Part shown: positions 52,466-64,000 of the stretch, one piece after another
How the letters are laid out: each line of letters opens with the position of its first letter
Numbering within the stretch: the stretch's first letter is position 1
Source of the DNA: Octopus vulgaris
Lineage: Eukaryota
Assembly (NCBI GenBank): GCA_951406725.2
Contig: OX597826.1
Coordinates: 69,626,001 to 69,690,000, forward strand
Reading direction: 5' to 3'
Length of the DNA stretch: 64,000 bases
Translations under genes and position numbers: made by a program
The notes under the pieces: generated by a model
The model's input: the letters and a program-made list of their open reading frames with translations, nothing else
What the model was told of the DNA's origin: nothing
The model's database searches: none

Positions 52466-52621
52466 GAAGTAAAAAAAAAAACGCACACCACCCGTTTTGG
52501 GCATAACAAAATCCTTGACCCTAAAACTAAAATTAACGCTAAACTCTAACCTTAAACCTAAATGTTAACCCTAAACCCTAACCATAACCCAAAACACCGG
52601 GTATGCGTATTTTTTACCTTC
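52466..52621. mobile_element. MITE-like element enclosing degenerate (CCCTAA)n
   Basis: gaagtaaaaaaaaaaacgcacaccacccgttttggg and cccaaaacaccgggtatgcgtattttttaccttc are imperfect inverted repeats around ccctaa-like hexamers. Confidence 0.5.
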
Positions 52622-52707
52622 GTCCTACTCTTCTCTAATGCTATCTATTCTCAACATGTGAGTTAAAATTCTACACTTTTCCATGACACAACGTCCTCGT
52701 TTTCGTT

Positions 52708-52791
52708 TTGGTCCGGTCTGGTCTGGTTTGGTCTGGTCCGGTCTGGTCTGGTCTGGTCTGGTCTGGTCTGGTCTGGCCTGGTCTGGTCTGG
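52708..52791. repeat. (GGTCT)n pentanucleotide microsatellite
   Basis: About 16 units. Confidence 0.92.
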
Positions 52792-52922
52792 TTTTGTTTC
52801 GCTTGGCGTTCTTCTACTTTACTTCAAAAGATGTATGGCTCACATTTTAATGGCGATAGTGTCTTACTTTTACCATTTAGCTTTAAAGAACTACTATCAC
52901 ATTCATAACTCTGTGTGTGTGT

Positions 52923-52961
<39 letters not shown>

Positions 52962-53114
52962 TGTGTGCGTGTATGATAGCGTAAGTATTATGTATGTGTG
53001 TGAGAGAATATATGAGCGCTTGCACTTTTATTCAGAAGCTCAGATAATTGTGTATGTAAACATCTATTTAGGTTTGTGAATGAACGTTTGTTCAACACTA
53101 ACATACATACATAT

Positions 53115-53199
<85 letters not shown>

Positions 53200-53623
53200 T
53201 ACATAAATACCTGTATATGTAAATGTGTGAGCATAAGTATACACACAAACATATGTATATATATATATACTCAATGCATATCGAGGAGATTTTTATGTAT
53301 ATATATGTGTGTTTGTGTACAAATGTGTGTGTATGTGTGTGTATGTGTGTATGTGTGTGCAAGTGTTGGTGGGTGCATGTGTCTCTATCGCGCGTTTGCG
53401 TGTGTAATATTGTTAATAACCAAATTACTTGTTGCAATAAATATCATCGCTATAAATATAAAAGGTCGATACATATAACATTCCATCAACGGCGGCGGCG
53501 GAGGCGGTGGTAGTGGTGGTGGTGGTGGTGGTGGTGGTGGTTGTAGAGGAGGAGGAGGTAGTGGGAGCGGAGGTGGAGGTACTGCAGATCGCAGCGGAGA
53601 TGCTAAGAAGAGGAACAATACAA

Positions 53624-53671
<48 letters not shown>

Positions 53672-53678
53672 CAGTAGC

Positions 53679-53734
<56 letters not shown>

Positions 53735-53887
53735 CGGTGGTAATTGTGGTGGTGGTGGTGATGGTGGTGGTAGAGAGGTTGATGTTCGTTATGCGAGTTA
53801 TACTCACTTAACACACAAGTGATATTCGTAGATTTATAGATGCATGCAAATGTGTATGCCCATACTTGTGAGTGTATTTTGATTCTG

Positions 53888-53950
<63 letters not shown>

Positions 53951-54217
53951 TATGAATTACACACTGAAAGGAACACCACTAAGTGGTTGCCATGCTGAAA
54001 AGATATGTAAAATCCCCAAACCACGAAAAATACATTGTGTCTGTGTGTGGATGGATATGTAATATGTGTGTGTATATAAGTATTTATATATATATATTTA
54101 TTTACATATATAAATATATTTATATATATATTTATATATATATATATATATAGACATACATATATATATATATATACAATTATACACACACACAGACACA
54201 CATATATATATATAGAT

Positions 54218-54298
<81 letters not shown>

Positions 54299-54572
54299 CA
54301 TATATATAAATGTAAAAAGTAAGAGTAATAAGGAAGAGTAAGTACAATTAGGCAGCTTTTTAATAATCACTACAAATGTTTCGATACATACAGATTCTCG
54401 CATATACCGGATTCAAAGTTAAATTTTAATTAAATTATGCAACGATTTTTCCTGTATGAGAAGATCTAGATGTATATCCTCAGGCGATACTCAGTTGCCG
54501 TCTCCGTAAATCTAGGGTGAATGAACTCTATTTGTACTCTTATTCGTTCTAAACAGACACACCTCTACCATA

Positions 54573-54636
<64 letters not shown>

Positions 54637-55084
54637 TATATACATATATAGGTATATATATATATATATATATATTTATACGCACACACACACATATATA
54701 AATATATATAAATATAAATATTACATCTCTAAATATTTCAGAGTGATATAAGCAGTGGTGGTACGATAGAGCAGTTGTATAATGTCAACTTAACGTGACA
54801 GTCCCATAAAGGGAATCACACCACTGCTATTTAACCCTAGGAAGCATTAAAGCTTCCTGTCGGCCTTGACACATTTCCCGTGTCTTTATGTTTACAAAGG
54901 GGAGACAAGCACCCCCATCCAGCTAAGATGAGACAAAAAGGATGCCAACAATATATCACCACACCAACACCTTGATCACCTTGACTGACCAATCCGTCAG
55001 GCGTCCATTTGACACCGCTGATCACAGCACGTTGTCCACTCCTCTCTGGATCGCGCCTTTCTCATCCACATGATCCCAATCGTC

Positions 55085-55224
<140 letters not shown>

Positions 55225-55354
55225 CAGGGTGTCCCCCAAAAATGTATACACACCTTAAATAATTGTAAATTTGTTATTCTTTGTAAGCCTAGTACTTATT
55301 CTAACGTTCTCTTTTGCCGAACCACTATGTGTATACATTTTTTGGGACACCCTG
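55225..55354. mobile_element. Tc1/mariner-type MITE
   Basis: TIRs ta|cagggtgtcccccaaaaatgtatacaca / tgtgtatacattttttgggacaccctg|ta, inserted in (TA)n. Confidence 0.85.
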
Positions 55355-55389
55355 TATATATATATACATATATATATATATATTATGTT

Positions 55390-55442
<53 letters not shown>

Positions 55443-55510
55443 TTAGAGACAAAACCACTATTAGGCAAATCAAACAATGAAAGACTTAAGCCAATACATA
55501 AATTAATTTA

Positions 55511-55544
<34 letters not shown>

Positions 55545-56495
55545 ATATATATGTATGCATTTGAATATGTACCCTAGTGCTGACATCACGTAATCGTTGT
55601 AAACGAGCCGTACAATCATACAAGCCATGTTTCTCGCGCCTCCAATCTTCCCTGAATAACATGTCTTACCATAGGGAACTATTAGCTTGCTTGGAAACAG
55701 ATACGTGTGTGTATCTGTGTGTCTGTGTGTGTCTGTGTACTGTGTGGTTCGTGTTTAAATTGCATGACAATTAACCAGTGCATCCTAACAGATTAAAAGA
55801 GAATACAGTGAGAACTCGTTTTGTAGCCAGTTTAGTTTGACGGATCTCCTCAGGTAGAAAGCTCGCAGAGCTCACATAGAAACAGAAAGCACTCCATACT
55901 TCCATCTTCTTACACCACTATATCTATCTATCCATTTTCATACACACAACGGAGACGAAAGTACTTCTGCTAATGTGTGCTATATAGTAATGAAAATTTT
56001 CTTCTTTTCCCTGAGTAGTTAACAGTATTTTTTAATCCTAGTTTAACTCAGTAATTATGACCATTTATACAGTAATATTGTTCAGAGTCCACTATAAATC
56101 GTAATGTTATTCATGAGTGTTACGCAATCTCTGGCGATGTGATAATGTAATCTCCTCATAAGGTTTTTCTCATATAAGAAATGTTATTATTATTAAAGAA
56201 ACGCGTGTAAGATGACGTATCTAAATAACAAATGGACACGAAATTCTGTTTTGTCATATATTTGAGTGTGTGTATACGTATGTATGTGTGTATTTATGTG
56301 TGATTAAGCATCTGTGTGTCTGTGTCCCTTCATTTTTTAAATTCAGTTAGACAGAACATTATATTAATTTATATCTTCTAAACTCTTCCAGACCTAGTTT
56401 ATAGAGAGCTGTAATGGATTTCTGCTCTACGATACATTCATGATGTACGAGACTTGTATATATATGCATGTTTGTATGCATTTACATACATACAG

Positions 56496-56546
<51 letters not shown>

Positions 56547-56568
56547 CATACATACATACATACATACA

Positions 56569-56601
<33 letters not shown>

Positions 56602-57795
56602 GAATATAGATAGGTGTATGAATGTGTATATATATATATATGTATATATATTATATATATATAACTGTGTGTATCTGTGTGTATATTTATACACATACAC
56701 ACTCGCATATGTGTCTGTATACATGGGTGCATTTCAATATCTATTTTATTCCTATCTCTAGACAATCGCTTATACATATGAATATATTTACATATATATA
56801 TATATAAATATATACACATATCTGAATGTGTGTACATATGTCTATGCGTGTGTACGCTTGTAAGTATTTATGTATCTATGAAGTATTTATATATGTATGG
56901 AATGTATCTATGCACACGCGCACACACACATACATTCATTTACGTGTATATATATATACATACATATATATATATACTTATGAATATATGTGTATGTTCC
57001 GATGTAGTTATGTAGTATGTGTGCGTATGAACTTATGTACTTATGTATGTATGTATGTATGTAATGAAAGGCAGCTCTTAAAAGAGGGAGATATACAGAA
57101 AAATAGATAAATGAAATCAAAGAAAATATGTGGAAGTAGAAATGTTTAACCGAAAGACGAATTATGCATTAGTTCTGTCATTAATGGTACCATTAGTATT
57201 ACCATTCCACATAATACCTTCTCGTCGTCGTCTCTTCTCTTGCACTGTGACATACTGAGCAAAATATGGTGGCATGAATCACATGCATCGTGGTATATGC
57301 AACTAGCGAGGCGGGTGGGGTAATGGGAAATGCTTAATTTATTACGACGTATTATTGAAGTGGACCAAGCTGAGCCAAGCTGAAAAATAAAGCTGATTCA
57401 TCGAATATTGACTACGGTGTAGTAATATAGAAGACAAATTTAAAATGACACACCAAAGTGGAAAAAAAAGAGTTAAAGTGGTGGCGGTGGTGGTGAGGGC
57501 TGCGGTGTGATTTATTTGAAAAGAACTTATCTTAGAAGGGTAACATGAAAATAAATTTATGAAACACACACAAAGCAGAGTGTGGTGGTCGAAGCTATCC
57601 AGTGACATTCGCTTGCGAGTGACGGCTGAGCTTTATATGTGTGTTGCTGTATGCATCCGTGTGGGTTTAATTGTGTGTTTGTGTGTGTTTGTTGCTATGC
57701 AGGGCTTGGGTAGTTTAGTATTCTAAATATTTATATAGACATTGTTAGATTTTGCAAACGTACTGCATTGGTTCAATGGTGTTCGTTTTTTTTTT

Positions 57796-57958
57796 AGGCG
57801 TAGGAGTGGCTGTGTGGTAAGTAGCTTGATTACCAACCACATGGTTCCGGGTTCAGTCTCACTGCGTGACACCATGGGCAAGTGTCTTCTACTATAGCCT
57901 CGGGCCGACCAAAGCCTTGTGAGGGGATTTGATAAACGGTAATTAAAAGAAGCCCGTC

Positions 57959-57962
<4 letters not shown>
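57796..57962 (+). mobile_element. SINE family A head and core
   Basis: ggcgtaggagtggctgtgtggtaagtagc...atgggcaagtgtcttctactatagcc. Confidence 0.82.
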
Positions 57963-58006
<44 letters not shown>

Positions 58007-58276
58007 ATATATCACTAGCAGCTAAGCCCGGTTTCACCCGGTCTGTTTGAATGATGTGGGTATGATCGTTTTCGTTAGGCATAATCTATAACAGTGTTTC
58101 TCAACCTTATCATTGCGGGTCCCCTGTTCGATTGGAGCCTCCCCCATGTCAGAAAATATCTTCAGGAGTTGTGAAGAAAGAATTTGTACATAGTCTTTTT
58201 CTGAGAGCTATTCTATTGAACCTCTGTCTAATCATTAAAACATTGATTTGAAATGTGTGTGTGTATGTTTGCTTGC

Positions 58277-58359
<83 letters not shown>

Positions 58360-58709
58360 GTGCGTGTACGCTTGTGTATGTGAGAGAGATGAAGAGAGAC
58401 AGGATAGCTAAAGTTTTGGCTGACTATCAACCTGTACTCCCCTTGTTGCTAGAGAAATGGTATATGCCGGTTGTGTGAGCAACTGGTTGTTTCAATGGCG
58501 GAACAAACAGGGGAACTCCATTAGAAAAAGTTTTAATCTATTTTCTCGGTAAGTATGGGAGGCAAGGGAAAAAATACTAACCGCATTCCAATGTATGCAC
58601 CCGTCTGCACATGTGTGCCATTTTTCATACGAATCCACCCAGCCATTTGGCTGCGAACCTCAAGACAAGAAAGAATACAACGATCGCCTATGTCCAATTT
58701 ATATTATAG

Positions 58710-58740
<31 letters not shown>

Positions 58741-58754
58741 TGTATGTATGTATG

Positions 58755-59510
58755 TATGCATATGTGTATGTGTGTGTTTGTTCCCCCCCCCAACATCGAT
58801 TGACAACCGACTATGGTGTGTTTACGTCCCCGCAACTAAGTGGTTCGGCAAAAGATACCGATAGAATAAGTACTAGGCTAACAAAGAATAAGTCCTGGGA
58901 TCGATTTGTTCGACTAAAGGCAGTGCTCCATCATGGCCGCAGTCAAATGACTGAAACAAGTAAAAGAATAAAAGAATTTAAAAAAAAGAATTTACAGGCG
59001 CAGGCATTGGCGTGTGGCTAAGAAACTCGCTGTGTAACCATATGGTTTCGGGTTCAGTCTCACTACGAAGCACCTAAGTTAAATGTCTTCTAATTATTGC
59101 CCCGACACAACCAATGACTTGTGAGTAAATATGGCAAATGGAAACTGTGTGTAAGCCCTTCGTATACATACACATATGTATGTTTGTGTGTGTGTGTATG
59201 TGTGTGTGTGTGCGCGCGTGTGTGTGTGTGTGTGTGTGTTTGTTTGTGTGTGTGTGTGTGTGTGTATTCGTATGTGTCTTTGGGCACGCTTCTCCATACC
59301 ACAACCCGTCGCCAGACAGCGAGTGATGGTTTATTTATGTCACTGTAACTTAACGGTTCAGCAAAAGACATAGATAGAATAAGAATCGAGTTTAAAAAAA
59401 AACAACAGAAGTATTGGGTGGGGGGAGTCTATTTGTTTGACTAAACTCTTCAATGTGGTACCCCAGCATGGCCGCAGGTCAATGACCGAAACAAGTAAAA
59501 GATAAAAGAT
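58755..59510 (+). mobile_element. SINE family A tail followed by a diverged full copy
   Basis: ggtgtgtttacgtcccc...catggccgcagtcaaatgactgaaacaag; ggcgcaggcattggcgtgtggctaagaa...ccccagcatggccgcag. Confidence 0.75.
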
Positions 59511-59794
59511 ATCCAACGGCGCGCTGCCATATAAAGTGTTTCCACGGACAATTGCAAAACCAATTCACTGTCGCAGTTACAAAAGCAGATGAAACTTCAC
59601 TCGTCGCTTCAGCTATTTTGTTACCCGATGGCGTTCACATGTTGACTTCTGGTACTTAAAAAATATAGGGGCAGAGGATCATACGGTTAGAATGTTTGCT
59701 TCCCAACCGAGAAACATCGGGTTTAATCCACTGCGTGACATCTTGAGAAACTGTCATTTGCAATAACCTCGGGTCGACCTAAGGATCCACCTCA

Positions 59795-59951
59795 ATTCTG
59801 GGAAGAGAGTATTTTCAAGTTAAAGGAAAGATGGAGACGCATTGTGCAACAAAATGGTTCATATTTGGTTGATTAAAAGTGCAATGGCAAGTATTTGTTG
59901 ACCTTTTTCTTGCCTTTAAAAATCAGCACGAACTTTCCGGACAACCCAATA
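59795..59951 (+). mobile_element. Mariner 3' end fragment
   Basis: IFKLKERWRRIVQQNGSYL.D* (GI..L..RW..V....G.Y motif) followed by TIR-like gcacgaactttccggacaacccaata. Confidence 0.7.
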
Positions 59952-60839
59952 ATTTAAAGTAGTGGTTCTCAACTGTATTTTGACTATGGATTCCGATTTT
60001 ACTCGAGTTGTGAGGGGATCCTCATAGCCATTCGACATCTAAAAACTCCCATTATATTTTTATGAGTCAATATTGATTTCAAATTTTAGCACAGAGCCAG
60101 CAATTCCGGTGGGGTAGGTAAATCGATTATATCAACCCCAAAGTTCACCTGGTACTTATTCTAGCGCAATCACACACACACACATACACACACACACATA
60201 TACGACGGGCTTCTTTCAGTTTCCGTCTGCCAAATCCACTCACAAGGCTTTGATCGGCCCGAGGCTATAGCAGAAGACACTTACCCAAGGTGCCACGCAG
60301 TGGGACCGAACACGGAACCATGTAGCTGGGAAGTAAGTTTCTGTTCTACTCTAGGAACAAGGCCCGAAATTTTGGGTGAGAGGGGGCCCAGTCGATTAGA
60401 TCGACCCCAGTACGCAACTGGTACTTAATTTATCAACTCTGAAAGCATGAAAGGCAAAGTCGACTGCGGCGGAATTTGAACACATATATATCCGTGTGTG
60501 TGTGTGTGTGTGTGTGTATGTGTTGCGCACTGACTCACCCCCTCTATCAAGTCGACGTTGTCTGAGCAGGGGCACGGTGTGGCACGCGTCAGGTGTTGAA
60601 ATCATCGCAGAGCAACGTGCGAGGGAGTGTTTTGCTCAACGCACACAACGCACCCCTCGTCGCAACACGCAATCATACACACACACGCACACACACACAC
60701 ATATACACATACACACACACATACACACACTCCTTATCGAAAGAGTAGAGCATCCTCTTACTTCTCTGGTAACATGTGTGAGTATGTGTGCGCGCGTGTG
60801 TGTATGTGTGACAGAGTGTAAGAGAGAAAGAGAGTGCGT

Positions 60840-61139
60840 TTCTCTCTCTCTCTCTCTCTCTCCCTCCCCTCGTGTGTAGTGTATTTCTCTCCCTCTCCCC
60901 CTCCCTGTGTGTGTAGTACATTTCTCTCCCTCTCTCTCTCTCGCTCCCCATGTGTATAGTACATTTCTCTCTCTCTCTCTCTCCCACCCCGTGTGTGTAA
61001 TGTATTTCTCTCTCTCTCCCTCTCGCCCTCCCTGTGTGTGCACTGCATTTCTCTCTCTCTCTCTCTCTCCACCTCGCTGTCTGTGTTGTGCATTTCTCTC
61101 TCTCTCCCTTCCCATGTGTGTAGTGTATTTCTCTCCCTC

Positions 61140-61175
<36 letters not shown>
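60840..61175. repeat. ~40-bp minisatellite: tgtgt(g/a)tagt.catttc + (CT)n
   Basis: About 7 units of tgtgtagtgtatttctctc... Confidence 0.75.
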
Positions 61176-61176
<1 letters not shown>

Positions 61177-61322
61177 TACCGTGTATGTGAGTGTTTCTCT
61201 CCTTCTCTGTATCTACCGTTTGCCTCTCTCACTGCCTCTGTGTATGTCTATGTAACTCTCTCTCCCTTCCTCTCTGCAAGTCTGTATGTATCTCTCTCTC
61301 TCTTTCTCTGTGTGTGTGCGTG

Positions 61323-61416
<94 letters not shown>

Positions 61417-61844
61417 TGCAGAGGTTGGTGGCTGAGTGCATGTTTACCAAAATGTAAAACAAGAAGAGATTCGAAGGCCTCGCTTCTCCCTAATACTCTG
61501 GGTCCTTCTATTTTCAATAACCAAAAGCACAAAAAACCCCATCCTCGTAACATCAAAAGAGGACCAGAAATCATTTAATCACAAAACGGAATAAGCGACA
61601 AAAGCAAAGACACAAAGAAATAGATAACAAAACAAACAAAAATAAAGGAAGGGCAATGTCACAGAAGAGATAAAAAAAAACAATAATAATAATGTTGAAC
61701 AAGAAAATAAAGTTTCAGGGTGACTTTTTCTATCGGACCACCCGTTAGCTACATACCCGGTGCGTAACCGGTCTTCCGATTGTCTAAAGATGTGTTATCA
61801 AGTCTACCCTCTTCTCTTTCCCCGATCTTGTTTTTTTTTCTCTT

Positions 61845-61889
<45 letters not shown>

Positions 61890-62105
61890 TCCCTCTTTCT
61901 CACCCTTTCTCTCTCTCTCCCCCCCTCTCTCTCTCTCTCCCTCTCTCTTTCTTAGCTTCTATTTTCATTTTCCGTTCACTATTTCTATGTCCCCCAACTA
62001 TCTGTCTCTCTCTCTACTTCTGTCTCTTTTTCTCTGTCTTTGCCTATAAGTTCCTCTCTACATTTCTCTTCCCCCTCTCTCTCTCTCTCTCTACTTGTCT
62101 CTCTT

Positions 62106-62155
<50 letters not shown>

Positions 62156-62245
62156 AATACTTCTAGTTTCTCTCATTCGCTTCAGTTTTCCCCTGCACTA
62201 ATTTCTATGTAAGACTTCCATCTTCGGGAAAGAACTTATACACAA

Positions 62246-62278
<33 letters not shown>

Positions 62279-62280
62279 CA

Positions 62281-62349
<69 letters not shown>

Positions 62350-62693
62350 ATGTATGTATGTATGTATGTATATGTTTGTATGTTTGTATGTATATATGTA
62401 TGTATGCATGTAGGTAGGTAGGTAGGTAGGTAAGTAGGTAGGTAGGTAGGTAAGTAGGTAGGTGTGTGATGTGTGTAATGTATGCGTGTGTGAATGTTTG
62501 TGTGTGATGTGTATACATATTCGTTTGCCTTTTACTTGCTTCAACCAGTGAACTGAGCCCATGCTGGGGCACCGCCTTGAAGGGTTCAGTCGACCCCAAT
62601 ATTTATTTAGAGTCTAGTACTTAAGTACTTATGTACTTTCTCTAGCGATGTCTCTTTGCCCTACACACACACGCACACACATATACAAATATT

Positions 62694-63078
62694 CTTTTCT
62701 ACTCTAGGCACAAGGCCCGAAATTTTGAGGGAGGGGACCAGTCGATAAGATCGACCGCAGTACGCAACTGGTACTTAATTTATCGTCCCCGAAAGGATGA
62801 AAAGCAAAGTTAATCTCTGTGGAATTTGAACTCAGAACGTAAAGACAGACAAAATATCTGTTTGTTTATCACCCACAAGGGGCTAAACATAGAGAGGACA
62901 AACAAGGACAGACAAACGGATTAAGTCGATTACATCGACCCCAGTGCGTAAATGGTACTTAATATATCGACCCCGAAAGGATTAAAGGCAAAGTTAACCT
63001 CGGCGGAATTTGAACTCAGAACGTAACGGCAGACGAAATATCGCTAAGCACTTCACCCGGCGTGCTAACGTTTCTGCA
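62694..63078 (-). mobile_element. SINE family B dimer
   Basis: Two bodies; junction at ~62857; alternative tail at 62694. Confidence 0.8.
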
Positions 63079-63306
63079 ACAAGTAAAAGAAGAGAAAAAA
63101 TTCTGGGATCGATACGTTCAACTAAAATTCTTCAAGGCGGTACCCCAGCATGGCCACAATCTAATGACTGAAACAAATAAAAGCTAAAAAAAAACGAGGA
63201 AAAGAAACCGAAAATTATAACCGTGGGGCTTTTGTCTGAGGGGCTTTAATCCACTTTCACACTTTAACGATGGGGCCTTTGTCCGAATCCCATTGCATAT
63301 GTGTAT

Positions 63307-63715
63307 AGGTGTAGGCATAGCTGTGTGGTAAGTAGCTTCTTTACCGACCACATGGTTCCGGGTTCAGTCCCACTGCGTGGCATCTTGCGCCTGTGTCTTC
63401 TACTATAGCCTCAGGCCGACCAAAGCCTTGTGGGTGGATTTGGTAGGCGGAAACTGAAAGAAGCCCATCGTATATATATATATGTGTGGCGGGGGGGTGT
63501 TTGTGTGTCTGTGTTTGTACCCCATCATCTAATGACAACTGATGTTGGTGTGTTTACGTCCCCGAAAGTTAGCAGTTCGACAAAATATACCGATAGGATA
63601 AGTACTAGGCTCACAAAGAATAACTCCTGGGGTCGATTTGTTCGACTACAGGCGATGCCCCAGCATGGCCGCAGTCAAATGACTGAAACAAATAAGAATA
63701 AAAGAATAAAAGAAT
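63307..63715 (+). mobile_element. SINE family A, full length
   Basis: Head ggtgtaggcatagctgtgtggtaag, core, tail ...gactgaaacaaataagaataaaagaataaaagaa. Confidence 0.85.
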
Positions 63716-63882
63716 GTATGTATGTATGTTTGTGTATATATAAATACACACACACTCATATATATGCACATATGTGCATATGTATATATGTCTATATACA
63801 TATGTATGTGTGTATATATATATATATATGTATGTATATATGTATGTATATATGTATGTATATATGTATATATATATGTATG

Positions 63883-63979
<97 letters not shown>

Positions 63980-64000
63980 GTATGTATATATTTATATATA

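Noticed and set aside
58015-58045. Minus-strand Helitron-like 3' end (ctag + ccgg hairpin); a similar motif lies at ~61750
   Set aside because: No matching 5' end could be identified, and it is too short to call.

Overview
This is eukaryotic, AT-rich, repeat-saturated non-coding DNA. The SINE repertoire and the density of (TA)n, (CA)n, (TACA)n, (TAGA)n, (ATC)n and (TAA)n microsatellites point to a cephalopod genome, probably Octopus (inference). I see no host protein-coding gene; almost all supplied ORFs are translations of microsatellites. Real coding relics are all from transposons: three R4/Dong-like RLE LINE 3' fragments in (TAA)n, an L1/Tx1-type RT fragment, a near full-length decayed Tc1 element, mariner fragments and a probable Penelope RT relic. 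Also present are at least four tRNA-derived SINE families, several MITEs with TIR/TSD, a non-autonomous Helitron and an intron-containing tRNA-Leu(CAA), probably a pseudogene. Three features stand out. (1) A 5.1-kb satellite with a 52-bp unit built from a near-palindromic ~19-bp core matching STAT/ETS/kappaB consensus sites; it is bracketed by two co-terminal LINE copies, and the same core recurs with unrelated spacers at 39.9-40.3 kb. (2) SINE multimers that rejoin repeatedly at one fixed point in the anticodon hairpin. (3) Minimal hammerhead-like motifs that share a non-canonical core. All coordinates were read by eye, and element ends are approximate unless a TIR/TSD is cited.
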